A stretch of DNA of 64,000 nt, taken from positions 6,389 through 70,388 of the forward strand of contig JACRCR010000140.1 in assembly GCA_016218925.1 (NCBI GenBank), written 5' to 3'. This stretch comes from Deltaproteobacteria bacterium. GTDB taxonomy: Bacteria > Desulfobacterota > Binatia > UBA1149 > CAITLU01. The notes under the pieces were generated by a model. It ran no database searches, was not told where the DNA came from, and saw nothing but the letters and a program-made list of their open reading frames with translations. A program made the translations under genes and the position numbers. Shown here one piece after another: positions 37,799 through 46,806 of this stretch. Within the stretch, counting starts at the first letter, position 1, and every line of letters starts with the position of its first letter.

Positions 37799-39522
37799 GC
37801 GCCGCCGCAGCCGTCGCCGCCGTGTTTCGCCGCTGCCCGGTTACCGGTCTGAAGATCGATCGGCACGCCGAGAACCTGATCAAGGTCAACGCCGTAATCT
37901 CGATCGTCACGCTGCTGGTCGGAGTGATCGCGGCGATCGGTCTGGTGCTCACCCGCTGGCAGGCCGTGCACCTGCTGCCGGTGGACTGGTTCTACCGGCT
38001 GCTGACCGCGCACGGCCTGAACATGCTGATCTTCTTCATTCTCTACTTCGAGATGGCGGTGCTGTACTTCGCCGGACCGGTCATGCTCGGGTGCCGCGTT
38101 CCGACGCCGAGGCTGGCCTGGGGCTCGTTCGCGCTGATGCTGGCCGGAACGCTGATCGTCGAAGTGATGGTGTTCTCGGGCAAGGCCGACGTGCTGTTCA
38201 CGTCGTACCCGCCGCTCAAGGCCGATCCTTGGTACTATCTCGGCATCATCCTGTTCGCGGTCGGCGCGCTGATCGTCACCGCGATCTTCATGGCCACGCT
38301 GGTGGTGGCCAAGCGCGAGCACACCTACGAAGGTTCGGTTCCGCTGGTCACCTTCGGTGCGCTGACCGCGGCGATCATCGCGATCATCACGCTGCTGCAC
38401 GGCGCGGCGATCTACATCCCGGCGCTGGCGTGGTCACTGGGGATCATCACGCTCGATCCCGAAGTCTACCGGCTGCTGTTCTGGGGTCTCGGCCATTCGT
38501 CGCAGCAGATCAACGTCGCCGCGCAGGTTTCGATCTGGTACCTCCTTGGCGGTCTCACCGTCGGCGCGGTGGTGGTCAACGAGAAGATCAGCCGCACCGC
38601 CTTCGTGCTCTACGTCGGGTTCATTTCGATGGCATCGGCACACCACCTGCTGGTCGATCCTGGCATGGGGCCGGCGTGGAAAGTGTGGAACACCAGCTAC
38701 GCGATGTATCTGGCGGTACTGGCCAGCATGGTGCACGGTTTTACCGTGCCGGCCGGGATCGAGACCGGGCTGAGACTGCGCGGCTTCGTCAACGGAACCT
38801 TCGAATGGCTGCGCAAGGCACCGTGGAGCGATCCTGGATTCGCCGGCCTGATGCTGTCGCTGGTGATCTTCGGATTCATCGGCGGCATCACCGGCGTGAC
38901 GATGGGGACCGAACAGATCAACATCCTGGCCCACAATACGCTGCGCGTCCCCGGTCACTTCCACGCGACCGTCGTCGGTGGCACCGCGCTGTCGTTCATG
39001 GCGGTGACCTACTACCTGATCCCGCTCATCTTCCGCAAGAAAGTCGCGCTGTGGAAGCTGGCCAGGATCCAGCCGTATCTGTTCGGGATCGGCATCACGA
39101 TCTTCTCGATCTCGATGACGTTCGCCGGGATCTTCGGAGTGCCGCGACGCCACTGGGACATTTCGTTCGCGCAGGCGCCGTTCAAGTACGAGTTTCCGCC
39201 GGCAGTCGACCTGATGCTGGCGCTGACCGCGATCGGCGGATTGATGGCTGCCGCGGCGGTGCTGATCTTCATCGCCAGCGCGGTGATCTCGGTGTTCTTC
39301 GGCGAGAGCCTGGATCTTGCCGCACTGACGCCCGGGATGGCGGGCGTGCCGCAGGGACTGACCAAGCTGCCGCCCCAGCAGTACGAGTCGGAGACGGTCG
39401 CCAAGGTTCACGGCGCCGGAACGCCGGGCACGGTGGTGCTGGTGGCGGTCTTCCTGCTGGTCTTCGTGATGTACTACTACACCAACTGGAAGATGCTTTC
39501 GGTGGTGTGGAAGATCGGTTGA
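37795..39522 (+). CDS. Heme-copper oxidase subunit I, probable eNOR-type nitric oxide reductase
   Basis: Six His ligands (TAHG, GHSSQQ, AHH, GHFH); the His+4 cross-link Tyr of O2 reductases is Gln (HSSQQ at 38494-38508). Confidence 0.85.
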   Translation: MSAAAAVAAVFRRCPVTGLKIDRHAENLIKVNAVISIVTLLVGVIAAIGLVLTRWQAVHLLPVDWFYRLLTAHGLNMLIFFILYFEMAVLYFAGPVMLGCRVPTPRLAWGSFALMLAGTLIVEVMVFSGKADVLFTSYPPLKADPWYYLGIILFAVGALIVTAIFMATLVVAKREHTYEGSVPLVTFGALTAAIIAIITLLHGAAIYIPALAWSLGIITLDPEVYRLLFWGLGHSSQQINVAAQVSIWYLLGGLTVGAVVVNEKISRTAFVLYVGFISMASAHHLLVDPGMGPAWKVWNTSYAMYLAVLASMVHGFTVPAGIETGLRLRGFVNGTFEWLRKAPWSDPGFAGLMLSLVIFGFIGGITGVTMGTEQINILAHNTLRVPGHFHATVVGGTALSFMAVTYYLIPLIFRKKVALWKLARIQPYLFGIGITIFSISMTFAGIFGVPRRHWDISFAQAPFKYEFPPAVDLMLALTAIGGLMAAAAVLIFIASAVISVFFGESLDLAALTPGMAGVPQGLTKLPPQQYESETVAKVHGAGTPGTVVLVAVFLLVFVMYYYTNWKMLSVVWKIG

Positions 39523-39523
39523 G

Positions 39524-40459
39524 ATGTCCACGATGATCGCCGAGATGCCGCTGCGCGGTGACCGCGTGCCGGAAGCAGCCGCTACCGCGGTCGCGATGAT
39601 GACCTGCTGGACGCTGGTGACGGCGGCATGGTGGGCGCTTGCGCTGGCGCAGGTGTCCGACCCGCCTCCGTGGCTGGCGGTGGCCAGATCGGTGTGTTTC
39701 GGCTCGACGCCGAGCGGGCTGCCCGATACCTACGGATGGGTGGTGCTGGTGTGCGGCCCTGCGTCGATGCTCGGCGGGATTCTGGCGGTCTGGGGCCACG
39801 AACTCGTTGCACGGGTGCGGGCTGCGTGGACAGAGCCGCTCGGTCGCGTGCTGCTGGCGGCGGCGGCGGCGGCGGCGCTGTCTGGAATCGGCTGGGCGGC
39901 GGTTCGCATCCATAGCGGATTGCAGATCGTTGCGGCCGACTACGCGCCGCTCGAGGAGGGGCCGCTTCCAGCGACTCATCCGCGGCTCGACAAGGCGGTG
40001 CCGGCCTTCGACCTCGTCGACCAGAACGGGCGCGCATTCACCGATGCGGATCTGCGCGGGCGAGTCACGCTGCTGACCTTCGCGTTCGCCCACTGCCGCA
40101 CCGTCTGCCCGGTCATTCTCGAAGGTCTGCGGCGTGCTGCGGCGGCGGCACACGACCCGCGCATGCAGGCGGTGGTGATCACCCTGGATCCGTGGCGCGA
40201 CACCCCGAGCCGGCTGGCGCAGATGAAGAACGAGTGGGCGCTGCCGGTGGAGACCCACCTGCTCTCCGGCGAGGTCGGCGCGGTGACGCGCGCGCTCGAC
40301 GCCTTCGGGGTTGCCTGGAAGCGCAACGATAACGACGGCGACGTCGTCCACGCGCCGCTGGTCTACGTGGTCGGAGGCGACGGGCTGATCGCGTACGGGT
40401 TCAACAACCCGGCGCCCAACTGGCTGGTCGACGCGACGATGCGGACGGCGGCTCGGTGA
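39524..40459 (+). CDS. SCO family copper chaperone with N-terminal membrane domain
   Basis: CxxxC 'HCRTVCP', 'ITLDPWRDTP', conserved His 'VVHAPLVY'; three N-terminal TMs. Confidence 0.88.
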   Translation: MSTMIAEMPLRGDRVPEAAATAVAMMTCWTLVTAAWWALALAQVSDPPPWLAVARSVCFGSTPSGLPDTYGWVVLVCGPASMLGGILAVWGHELVARVRAAWTEPLGRVLLAAAAAAALSGIGWAAVRIHSGLQIVAADYAPLEEGPLPATHPRLDKAVPAFDLVDQNGRAFTDADLRGRVTLLTFAFAHCRTVCPVILEGLRRAAAAAHDPRMQAVVITLDPWRDTPSRLAQMKNEWALPVETHLLSGEVGAVTRALDAFGVAWKRNDNDGDVVHAPLVYVVGGDGLIAYGFNNPAPNWLVDATMRTAAR

Positions 40460-40472
40460 GCCGCTACAGCGC

Positions 40473-40985
40473 CTACTTCACGACAAAATCGGTGTCATCG
40501 CCTTCGAGAGAAACGATGCGGATGCGGCCCTCGTCGAAGGCGATCCGTCCGTCGAACGCGTAGGTGGGCAGCGGTTTGTCGCTGGCCGCGACCGAGGTCT
40601 CCGGGGCGAATCGCACCGCGACATCGTGATCGCCAGGCGTGACCGCGATCGTGGAACTGTGCGTGATCGGCCGATCGCCGTGAATTCCGGCCGGGCGGCA
40701 ACGCTCGTCGGCCACCTCCACCTCGTCAATTTTCACCTGTAGTCGGTAAGCGACCGGTGTCATCTCGCACGCCGTCGGGCGGCGCATGTGCTGGGGCAGG
40801 CCGGCCAGTTCGTCTTCAGACAGCGTGCGGCAGACCTGCGCGCGACCTGCCGAAGTGCGCAGCGCCAGTTGCAGCAACGAGCCCCGCGTAGGGTCGGAGC
40901 CCTCCATGTGCAGCACCGTGAGCGTTGCAGCCCCGAGCAGCAGTCCGCCCAGCACGCGTCCCGCGCCGACCGCGATCTCAGCCAC
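40473..40985 (-). CDS. Hypothetical membrane-anchored protein coupled to the cytochrome b fusion
   Basis: N-terminal TM; 'VCRTLSEDEL..LPQHMRRPTAC' then a beta-rich domain; GTG overlaps the upstream stop by 8 nt. Confidence 0.65.
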   Translation of the reverse strand: MAEIAVGAGRVLGGLLLGAATLTVLHMEGSDPTRGSLLQLALRTSAGRAQVCRTLSEDELAGLPQHMRRPTACEMTPVAYRLQVKIDEVEVADERCRPAGIHGDRPITHSSTIAVTPGDHDVAVRFAPETSVAASDKPLPTYAFDGRIAFDEGRIRIVSLEGDDTDFVVK

Positions 40986-42594
40986 GACTTGCCACCTGCT
41001 TCGGTTCGCACTGCGTGCCCACCTGCAAGTCGCCGGCTGGCAGGCCCGGCCCGAGCGCGGCCAGGCGTGCGCGGAAACTCTCGATCTCGGCCTCGAGGCT
41101 GCGCCACTCGCCGCGCGAAGCGGCGTGGATCGCCACGCGCCTCTTGTCGACGCGCGCCGGCAACTCCGCCTCGCGGTCGTTGTAGACGCGCTCGTACAGC
41201 CACTTGGGGCCTTCGCGGCACGGCGCGCTGCGCGGCGGGCACGCAGCTATGAAGACGCCGCCGCTACCGGCGCGCAGCAGCATTTCGATCACGGAAGTAT
41301 GAAGGTTCCCTGCGCACTCTACCGTCATGACGCTGGCACCGGGCAGCGAGGTCAGCCGGGGATCGTCGTGCAGCGGGTTGTGGCGGCAGGCCAGCAGCGT
41401 GAACCCGTCGGCGCGAACGCCGTGCTTCTCGATCAGGTCCTGCGTGCGACGCAGTTGGATGCGTCCGGTGTGCGCTGGTGGTCCTATTCCCATCGGCGCG
41501 CACGAGCCCGCGCAGATGCCGCACGCTACACAGCGCGCCGGGTTCACCCACGAGTAGAACTGCGAGCGGCGACCCGGATCGGGTCGCTCGAGCATCGAGA
41601 TCGCGTCGAAGGGGCAGTCCTTGTAGCAAGTCGTGCAGCCGGTGCACACTTCCGGGTCGGACCACGAGGGCTGCGCCCGTGCGCGTTTGTTCTTCCACCA
41701 CCAAGGCACCGAACACATCAGCGCGGCCGCAGACAGCCACGACGCCAGGTGCACCGCAGGGGAGACCTGCCAGGCCAGCGGCAGCCAGAAGTTGTAGAGC
41801 AGGTCGATCGGAACGTTGCGCGGGATCACCAGCAAGTCGGCGCGCTGGCCGAGCGGGACGCGCAGCACCAGCGCGAGCACCGACAGCACGCCGACCACGC
41901 CGATCGCGAGCGCGCGCGGCGGCGCCAGATGCGGCCGCGCGAGGTTGGCAAGGTGCAGCCACAGCGCCGCGGCCAGTCCCAGCGGCAGACACACGTGCAA
42001 GAACAGGTTCATGAAGAAGAACGACGCCGGCACCGGAGCCAGCCCGGCGAAGGCCCTTCCGATCGGCACCGAGAACAACGGCAGCAGGTCGACGATTTTG
42101 GTGAGTTCGACCGCCACCACCTGGCCCTGCAGGTCCCACGCCATCACCTGACCGGTCCAGCCGCACGCCAGCGTCGCTCCGACCAGCACAGCCCCGCTGA
42201 TCCACGCGCGCGTTCGCGGGCCATGGAAGCGTCCGGCCAGGAACATCTTGAGCGCGTGCAGCAGCGCGGCCGCCATCGCCAGGTCCGCGGCGTAGGTGTG
42301 CAGGGCGCGCACCCAGCTTCCCAGCGGGATATCGGTGTCGATGCGGGCCACCGACTGGTAGGGGTGCTCGATGCTGTAGAACAGGAACAGGAAGATGCCG
42401 GTGGTGATCAGGACCAGGAACGCGACGATCGCCAGCGTGCCGCTCTGGTGCAGCGGGTTGAAGTTCGAGGAGTAGAAACGATCGAAGAGTTCGTCGAGCC
42501 TGGTCACCGCGCTGTCGATCACCGCGACCGTGCGCGACCACGTCGCCGGCCTGGAGTTGGGCAAGTCTGCCGGTTGTGTGGCTGGGCCGCTCAA
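40978..42594 (-). CDS. Cytochrome b(N) + 2x[4Fe-4S] ferredoxin + MvhD/FlpD-like fusion protein
   Basis: Cyt b helices with 'RALHTY...LLHALKMF' and 'MNLFLHV'; CTGCTTCYKDCP and CVACGICAGSC; MvhD-like 'VECAG...GVFIAACP...CREG'. TTG start at 42594 with GGAGG RBS. Confidence 0.85.
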   Translation of the reverse strand: MSGPATQPADLPNSRPATWSRTVAVIDSAVTRLDELFDRFYSSNFNPLHQSGTLAIVAFLVLITTGIFLFLFYSIEHPYQSVARIDTDIPLGSWVRALHTYAADLAMAAALLHALKMFLAGRFHGPRTRAWISGAVLVGATLACGWTGQVMAWDLQGQVVAVELTKIVDLLPLFSVPIGRAFAGLAPVPASFFFMNLFLHVCLPLGLAAALWLHLANLARPHLAPPRALAIGVVGVLSVLALVLRVPLGQRADLLVIPRNVPIDLLYNFWLPLAWQVSPAVHLASWLSAAALMCSVPWWWKNKRARAQPSWSDPEVCTGCTTCYKDCPFDAISMLERPDPGRRSQFYSWVNPARCVACGICAGSCAPMGIGPPAHTGRIQLRRTQDLIEKHGVRADGFTLLACRHNPLHDDPRLTSLPGASVMTVECAGNLHTSVIEMLLRAGSGGVFIAACPPRSAPCREGPKWLYERVYNDREAELPARVDKRRVAIHAASRGEWRSLEAEIESFRARLAALGPGLPAGDLQVGTQCEPKQVASRG

Positions 42595-42663
42595 GGGGAC
42601 CTCCGCGACGCGGCGCCGCGGTTCTTCGTATCGATCAGGTAGCGCAATCGGCGTCGTCGTCGT

Positions 42664-42677
42664 ATGACGGATGTCAT
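42664..42677. promoter_or_regulatory. Crp/Fnr-type perfect palindrome ATGAC-GGAT-GTCAT (site 2)
   Basis: In the divergent promoter between the cytochrome b fusion and DUF2249; same flanks (GTCGT...GG) as site 1. Confidence 0.72.
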
Positions 42678-42735
42678 GGGCCCGGCGCGGCTCATTTCGT
42701 AGGTTCGATAATCGTTGCGACCGAGCGGATCCGAC

Positions 42736-43023
42736 ATGATCTACCAACCCGACGACGAGCGAGTGCGCTTCTGGCAGGACTCGACCGACCCGATGCGATC
42801 TCATCTCGACGTTCGCGAACTGCTCGAGGACGGCGGCGAACCCTACGCGATCATCATGGAGTGCGTGAACAGGCTGCAAGGCGGCGAGTGCGTGGTGCTG
42901 CATGCGATCATGCAGCCGCGCCCGTTGCTGGCCCAACTGGGTAGGATGGGTTTCGCCTGCGACGTGCGCCACGTTGGCGCCGATCACTGGGAAGTCGACA
43001 TCAGCGCAAGGGCGCAGGCCTGA
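42736..43023 (+). CDS. DUF2249 domain protein
   Basis: 'LDVRELLEDGGEPYAIIMECVNRLQGGECVVLHAIMQPRPLLAQLGRMGF...HWEV' fits the DUF2249/TusA-like pattern. Confidence 0.75.
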   Translation: MIYQPDDERVRFWQDSTDPMRSHLDVRELLEDGGEPYAIIMECVNRLQGGECVVLHAIMQPRPLLAQLGRMGFACDVRHVGADHWEVDISARAQA

Positions 43024-43040
43024 CGGCCCGCGCGGCCGGT

Positions 43041-44501
43041 TCAGGCCTGCGCCCCGGCGCGCGTGGTTCCGTTTCGCAGGCGGCTGTGGCGCACGCCGTA
43101 GGCGCTGTAGATCACCAGACCGATCATCAGCCACACGAGCAACCTCAGCCAGTTGGCCCAGCCGAGCGAGAACATCAGCAGCAGATTGGCGCCGATCCCG
43201 AGCAGCGGCACCGCCGGCACCAGCGGCGTGCGGAACGGCCGCCGCACTTCGGGTCGCGTGCGGCGCATGATCAGCACGGCTGCGCACACGATCACGAACG
43301 CGAACAACGTTCCGATGTTGACCAGCTCCGAGAGCACCTTGAGGGGAAACAGCGCGGCCACTGTCGCGACGAACGCGCCGGTCAGGACGGTCGACAGATA
43401 CGGAGTGCGAAATCGCGGGTGGATTGCGGCGAAGATCGCTGGCGGCAGCAATCCGTCGCGCGCCATCGCCAGCAGCACGCGGGCCTGGCTCAGCATCATG
43501 ACGAGCAACACGCTGGTGATGCCCGCCACCGCACCGAGCGAGATGATGAGCGTGGCGGTGCCCAGCCCGTAGCGGGCGAAAGCCTCGGCCAGCGGTGCGT
43601 CGATGTTGATCTGGGGCGTCGGGACCATGCCGGTCAGTACGCCCGCCACCGCGATATAGAGCAGGGTACAGACTCCGAGCGAGCCGAGCAGCGCCAGCGG
43701 CACGTCGCGTTCGGGATGGCGCGCCTCTTCGGCGTGGGTGCTGATCGAATCGAACCCGATGTAGGCGAAGAATACGTAGCCGGCGCCTCGCAGGGTGCCG
43801 CTCCAGCCCTGTGGAAAGAACGGCTGCCAGTTGGCCGGGTCGACGTGAGGGATGCCGGCAAGGATCACGAACATCTCGACGCCGAGCTTGAGTGCGACGA
43901 TCAGCACGTTGAGTCGCGAGCTCTCGCGAATTCCGATCACCAGCACGACCGTGAGCGCGACCACGATCGCGGCGGCGGGCAGGTCGAAGACGATCGGCAC
44001 GGAGCCGATGTGCCACGCCTCGGCCAGCACCTGCGGTGACGCGCTGAACGGATCGATCGACAGCGGCCCCGGCACGCGGATGCCGAACAGTCCCAGGAAG
44101 GATTGGAAGTAGTGCGACCAACCGTGCGCCACCGCGCACGAGGCCACCGCGTACTCGAGGACCAGATCCCAGCCGATGATCCACGCGAACAGTTCGCCGA
44201 GGGTGGCGTACGCGTAGGTGTAGGCACTGCCTGCCACCGGGATCATTGCGGCGAACTCCGCGTAGCACAGACCGGCCAGCGCGCAGCCGAGCCCCGAGAG
44301 CACGAACGAGAGCATCAGCGAGGGCCCGGCGTAGTCGCGGGCAGCCAGGCCGGTGAGTACGAAGATGCCGGCGCCTATGATCGCGCCGACTCCGAGCGCG
44401 GTCAGCGACACCGGACCCAGCACGCGGTGGAGGCGGTCGTGCGCCTGCAGCTCGGCATGGAGCAACTCGACGGACTTGCGGGCGAAGAGGGGGCTGGCCA
44501 A
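43041..44501 (-). CDS. APC-family amino acid permease (cationic amino acid transporter-like)
   Basis: 'LGVGAIIGAGIF', 'CYAEFAAMIPVAGSAY', 'FFAYIGFD', 'MARDGLLP'. Confidence 0.95.
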   Translation of the reverse strand: MASPLFARKSVELLHAELQAHDRLHRVLGPVSLTALGVGAIIGAGIFVLTGLAARDYAGPSLMLSFVLSGLGCALAGLCYAEFAAMIPVAGSAYTYAYATLGELFAWIIGWDLVLEYAVASCAVAHGWSHYFQSFLGLFGIRVPGPLSIDPFSASPQVLAEAWHIGSVPIVFDLPAAAIVVALTVVLVIGIRESSRLNVLIVALKLGVEMFVILAGIPHVDPANWQPFFPQGWSGTLRGAGYVFFAYIGFDSISTHAEEARHPERDVPLALLGSLGVCTLLYIAVAGVLTGMVPTPQINIDAPLAEAFARYGLGTATLIISLGAVAGITSVLLVMMLSQARVLLAMARDGLLPPAIFAAIHPRFRTPYLSTVLTGAFVATVAALFPLKVLSELVNIGTLFAFVIVCAAVLIMRRTRPEVRRPFRTPLVPAVPLLGIGANLLLMFSLGWANWLRLLVWLMIGLVIYSAYGVRHSRLRNGTTRAGAQA

Positions 44502-44574
44502 AGTGCGCGCAGTCTACACGCGGCCGCTCATCGCGCAACGTTGCAGTGCACACATGACAGCGGCCCGCACCCTC

Positions 44575-45267
44575 TCACGAGCCTCCTGCAAGCTGGGCCA
44601 TGGCGCGCCGATCGCGCACGCAAAGGCCGCGATCGTCCTGGCCGATCAGCCCGTCCTTCTGCCAGCGGCTCATGATGCGGATGACGGTCTCGATGCGTGC
44701 GCCGACCATGTCGGCGAGATCCTGACGGGTCAGCGGGATCGGCAGGTAGACCGGGCCGGGCTGGTCCGGCGACTTGGCACACAGGGCCTGCAGAACCCTG
44801 GCGATGCGGTACTCGACTCCGCCTCCGCCAAGATCCTCCATGCGTCGCTGCATCACGCGCATGCGCAGCGTCAGATCGCGGATCAGCGCGATGGCGGTTC
44901 CCTCGAAGCGCTCGAGGTAGGTGAAGTAGGCTTGGCGCGGCATCACCCATACGGTCGCGTCCTCGTGGGCGGAGGCCGAGGCCGGATAGCCGGTGCCGTC
45001 GATGACCGCGACCTCTCCGATGGCATCGCCGAAACGGAAGATGCCGAGAATCAACTCGCGCCCGCTCTCGAGCGAGCGAAAGACTTTCACCGCGCCGCTT
45101 TCGACCAGCCACAGATGCGAAGAATCCTCGCCCTCCAGGAACAGCATCGCGCCCTTGGCGTAGGAGCGCCGCGATAGCTGCTCGGCCAGCCAGGTGAGTG
45201 CCTGCTGCGACACGCCGCTGAAGCGCGGTATTCGGCTGATGGTGCCGATGGAGTCGGGGTCGATCAC
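44575..45267 (-). CDS. Crp/Fnr family regulator (no FNR Cys cluster; DNR/HcpR-like)
   Basis: cNMP-binding fold 'LFLEGE...GAVKV...GDAIGE', HTH 'LTRQDLADMVGARIETVIRIMSRW'. Confidence 0.92.
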   Translation of the reverse strand: MIDPDSIGTISRIPRFSGVSQQALTWLAEQLSRRSYAKGAMLFLEGEDSSHLWLVESGAVKVFRSLESGRELILGIFRFGDAIGEVAVIDGTGYPASASAHEDATVWVMPRQAYFTYLERFEGTAIALIRDLTLRMRVMQRRMEDLGGGGVEYRIARVLQALCAKSPDQPGPVYLPIPLTRQDLADMVGARIETVIRIMSRWQKDGLIGQDDRGLCVRDRRAMAQLAGGS

Positions 45268-45276
45268 GCTGTCACA

Positions 45277-46806
45277 TCATTGGGGCCGCGGCGACGTGTC
45301 GGCCGTCGGCCAGCCTCCGGCAAGTGCCTTGTAGAGCGCCACCGCGTCTTCGGCAACGGCGCCGCGGCTCGATGCCAGTGCATCCTCGGCGTAGTACAGC
45401 GAGCGTTCGGCATCGAGCACCTGCAGGAACTCGACCACACCGCCGGCGAACAGTTCGCGCGCGAGGTCGGCGCCGCGTTTCTCCGCTTCGGCGGCGCGGC
45501 CCAGTGCCTCGGTTCTCTCGCGTTCGGATCCGAGTGCGGTCAGCGCCGTTTCGACGTCTGCCAGCGCTCTTCGCACCGCGTCCTCGTAGCGCGCGGCGGC
45601 CTGCTCGGTGCGGGCGCTGTGCACCTCGACGTTGGCGAGCAGACGCCCGGCGTCGAAGATCGGCCAGCGCATCCCCGGGCCGACCAGCCAGAAGCGGCTG
45701 TCGCTCGTGAGCAGGTTGCCGGTCTGCTGGCTCTGGAAGCCGAAGCTGCCGCTGAGCGAAAAGCGCGGCAGCAATTCGGCGCGCGCAACCCCGATGCGCG
45801 CGGTCGCGGCGGCCAGTTCGCGCTCGGCGCGTCCGAGGTCGGGGCGGCGCAGCAGCAATTGCGACGGCAAGCCGGCCTCGACCAAGCGCGGTGGGGTCGG
45901 AACCTCATGGGCGGCCTCGAACTGCCGGTCGAGAGCGCCGGAGTCGGCGGCGACGAGTACCTCCAGGCGGTGCATGGTCGCGCTTCGCCGGCTGCGCAGC
46001 GCCGGCACATCGGCCTCGGTGGCGGCCAGCCGCGCCTGCGCTCGCGCGACGTCGAGCTCGCTCGAGACGCCGGCGTCGTGGCGCTGGCGTATCACGCTCA
46101 GCGTGTCGGCTTGCGCGGCCATGTTGTGTTTGGCGATCGCGAGCCTCGCATCGAGCGTGCGCAGCGTGATCACTTCACGCGCGGTCTCGGCCGCCAGGCT
46201 CAGCAACGCGTCGCCGTATGCCGCTTCGGCGGCCTGCAGTTCGGCGTTGGCCGCCTGCACCGAGCGGCGCACGTGTCCGAACAGGTCGACTTCCCACTGC
46301 GCGTCGAAGCCGGTCTGGTACAGATCGATCGACTGGCCCGGCAGCACTGCGCCCGGCAGGGTGCCGCCGCCGGTGTTGGTGCCGGTGCCGAACCCCTCGA
46401 GAAAACCGTGCTCGCTCATGCGCGAGTTCGAGTAGGAGGCGGTCGCGTCGAGCTTCGGCCACAGACCTGCCCCGGCTACCGCGCGCAGCGCCCGTGCTTC
46501 GCGTACACGCGCGGCGGCTTCGCGTGCTCTTGGCGTGGCGCGGACGGCACGCTCTACCAGCGCCGCGAGATCGTCGTCGCAGAAGCCGCGCCACCAGCTC
46601 TGCTGCAGCGCCGCGTCGTGTTGCGCGCCGGCCGCTTCGCCGCCGCGCGGTGCTTGCTCGCTCGTACCCGCAGTCCATGCCGCCGGCGAGTCGATCTGCG
46701 GCCGCTGATAATCCGGACCTACCGCGCAGCCTTGCACCGCCGCCAGCGCGCACAGGCACGCGATACTCCCTGCGATCGCGACGGCGCGCAAGGCGGAGCG
46801 CTTCAT
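45277..46806 (-). CDS. NodT/TolC-family efflux outer membrane lipoprotein
   Basis: Lipobox 'VQGCAVGP', 'FDAQWEVDLFG', 'PSQLLLRRPD', 'LYKALAGGW'. ATG at 46806. Confidence 0.92.
   Translation of the reverse strand: MKRSALRAVAIAGSIACLCALAAVQGCAVGPDYQRPQIDSPAAWTAGTSEQAPRGGEAAGAQHDAALQQSWWRGFCDDDLAALVERAVRATPRAREAAARVREARALRAVAGAGLWPKLDATASYSNSRMSEHGFLEGFGTGTNTGGGTLPGAVLPGQSIDLYQTGFDAQWEVDLFGHVRRSVQAANAELQAAEAAYGDALLSLAAETAREVITLRTLDARLAIAKHNMAAQADTLSVIRQRHDAGVSSELDVARAQARLAATEADVPALRSRRSATMHRLEVLVAADSGALDRQFEAAHEVPTPPRLVEAGLPSQLLLRRPDLGRAERELAAATARIGVARAELLPRFSLSGSFGFQSQQTGNLLTSDSRFWLVGPGMRWPIFDAGRLLANVEVHSARTEQAAARYEDAVRRALADVETALTALGSERERTEALGRAAEAEKRGADLARELFAGGVVEFLQVLDAERSLYYAEDALASSRGAVAEDAVALYKALAGGWPTADTSPRPQ

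Noticed and set aside
37795-39522. Ordinary ba3 or cbb3 cytochrome c oxidase
   Set aside because: No Tyr at His+4 of helix VI and none at the cbb3 helix VII position; no CcoO/CcoP c-type subunits. Kept only as the alternative hypothesis.
40978-44553. Single 1191-aa protein from the ORF track
   Set aside because: The N-terminal 650 codons are an off-frame shadow of the amino acid permease; real similarity starts at a TTG with a GGAGG RBS at 42594.
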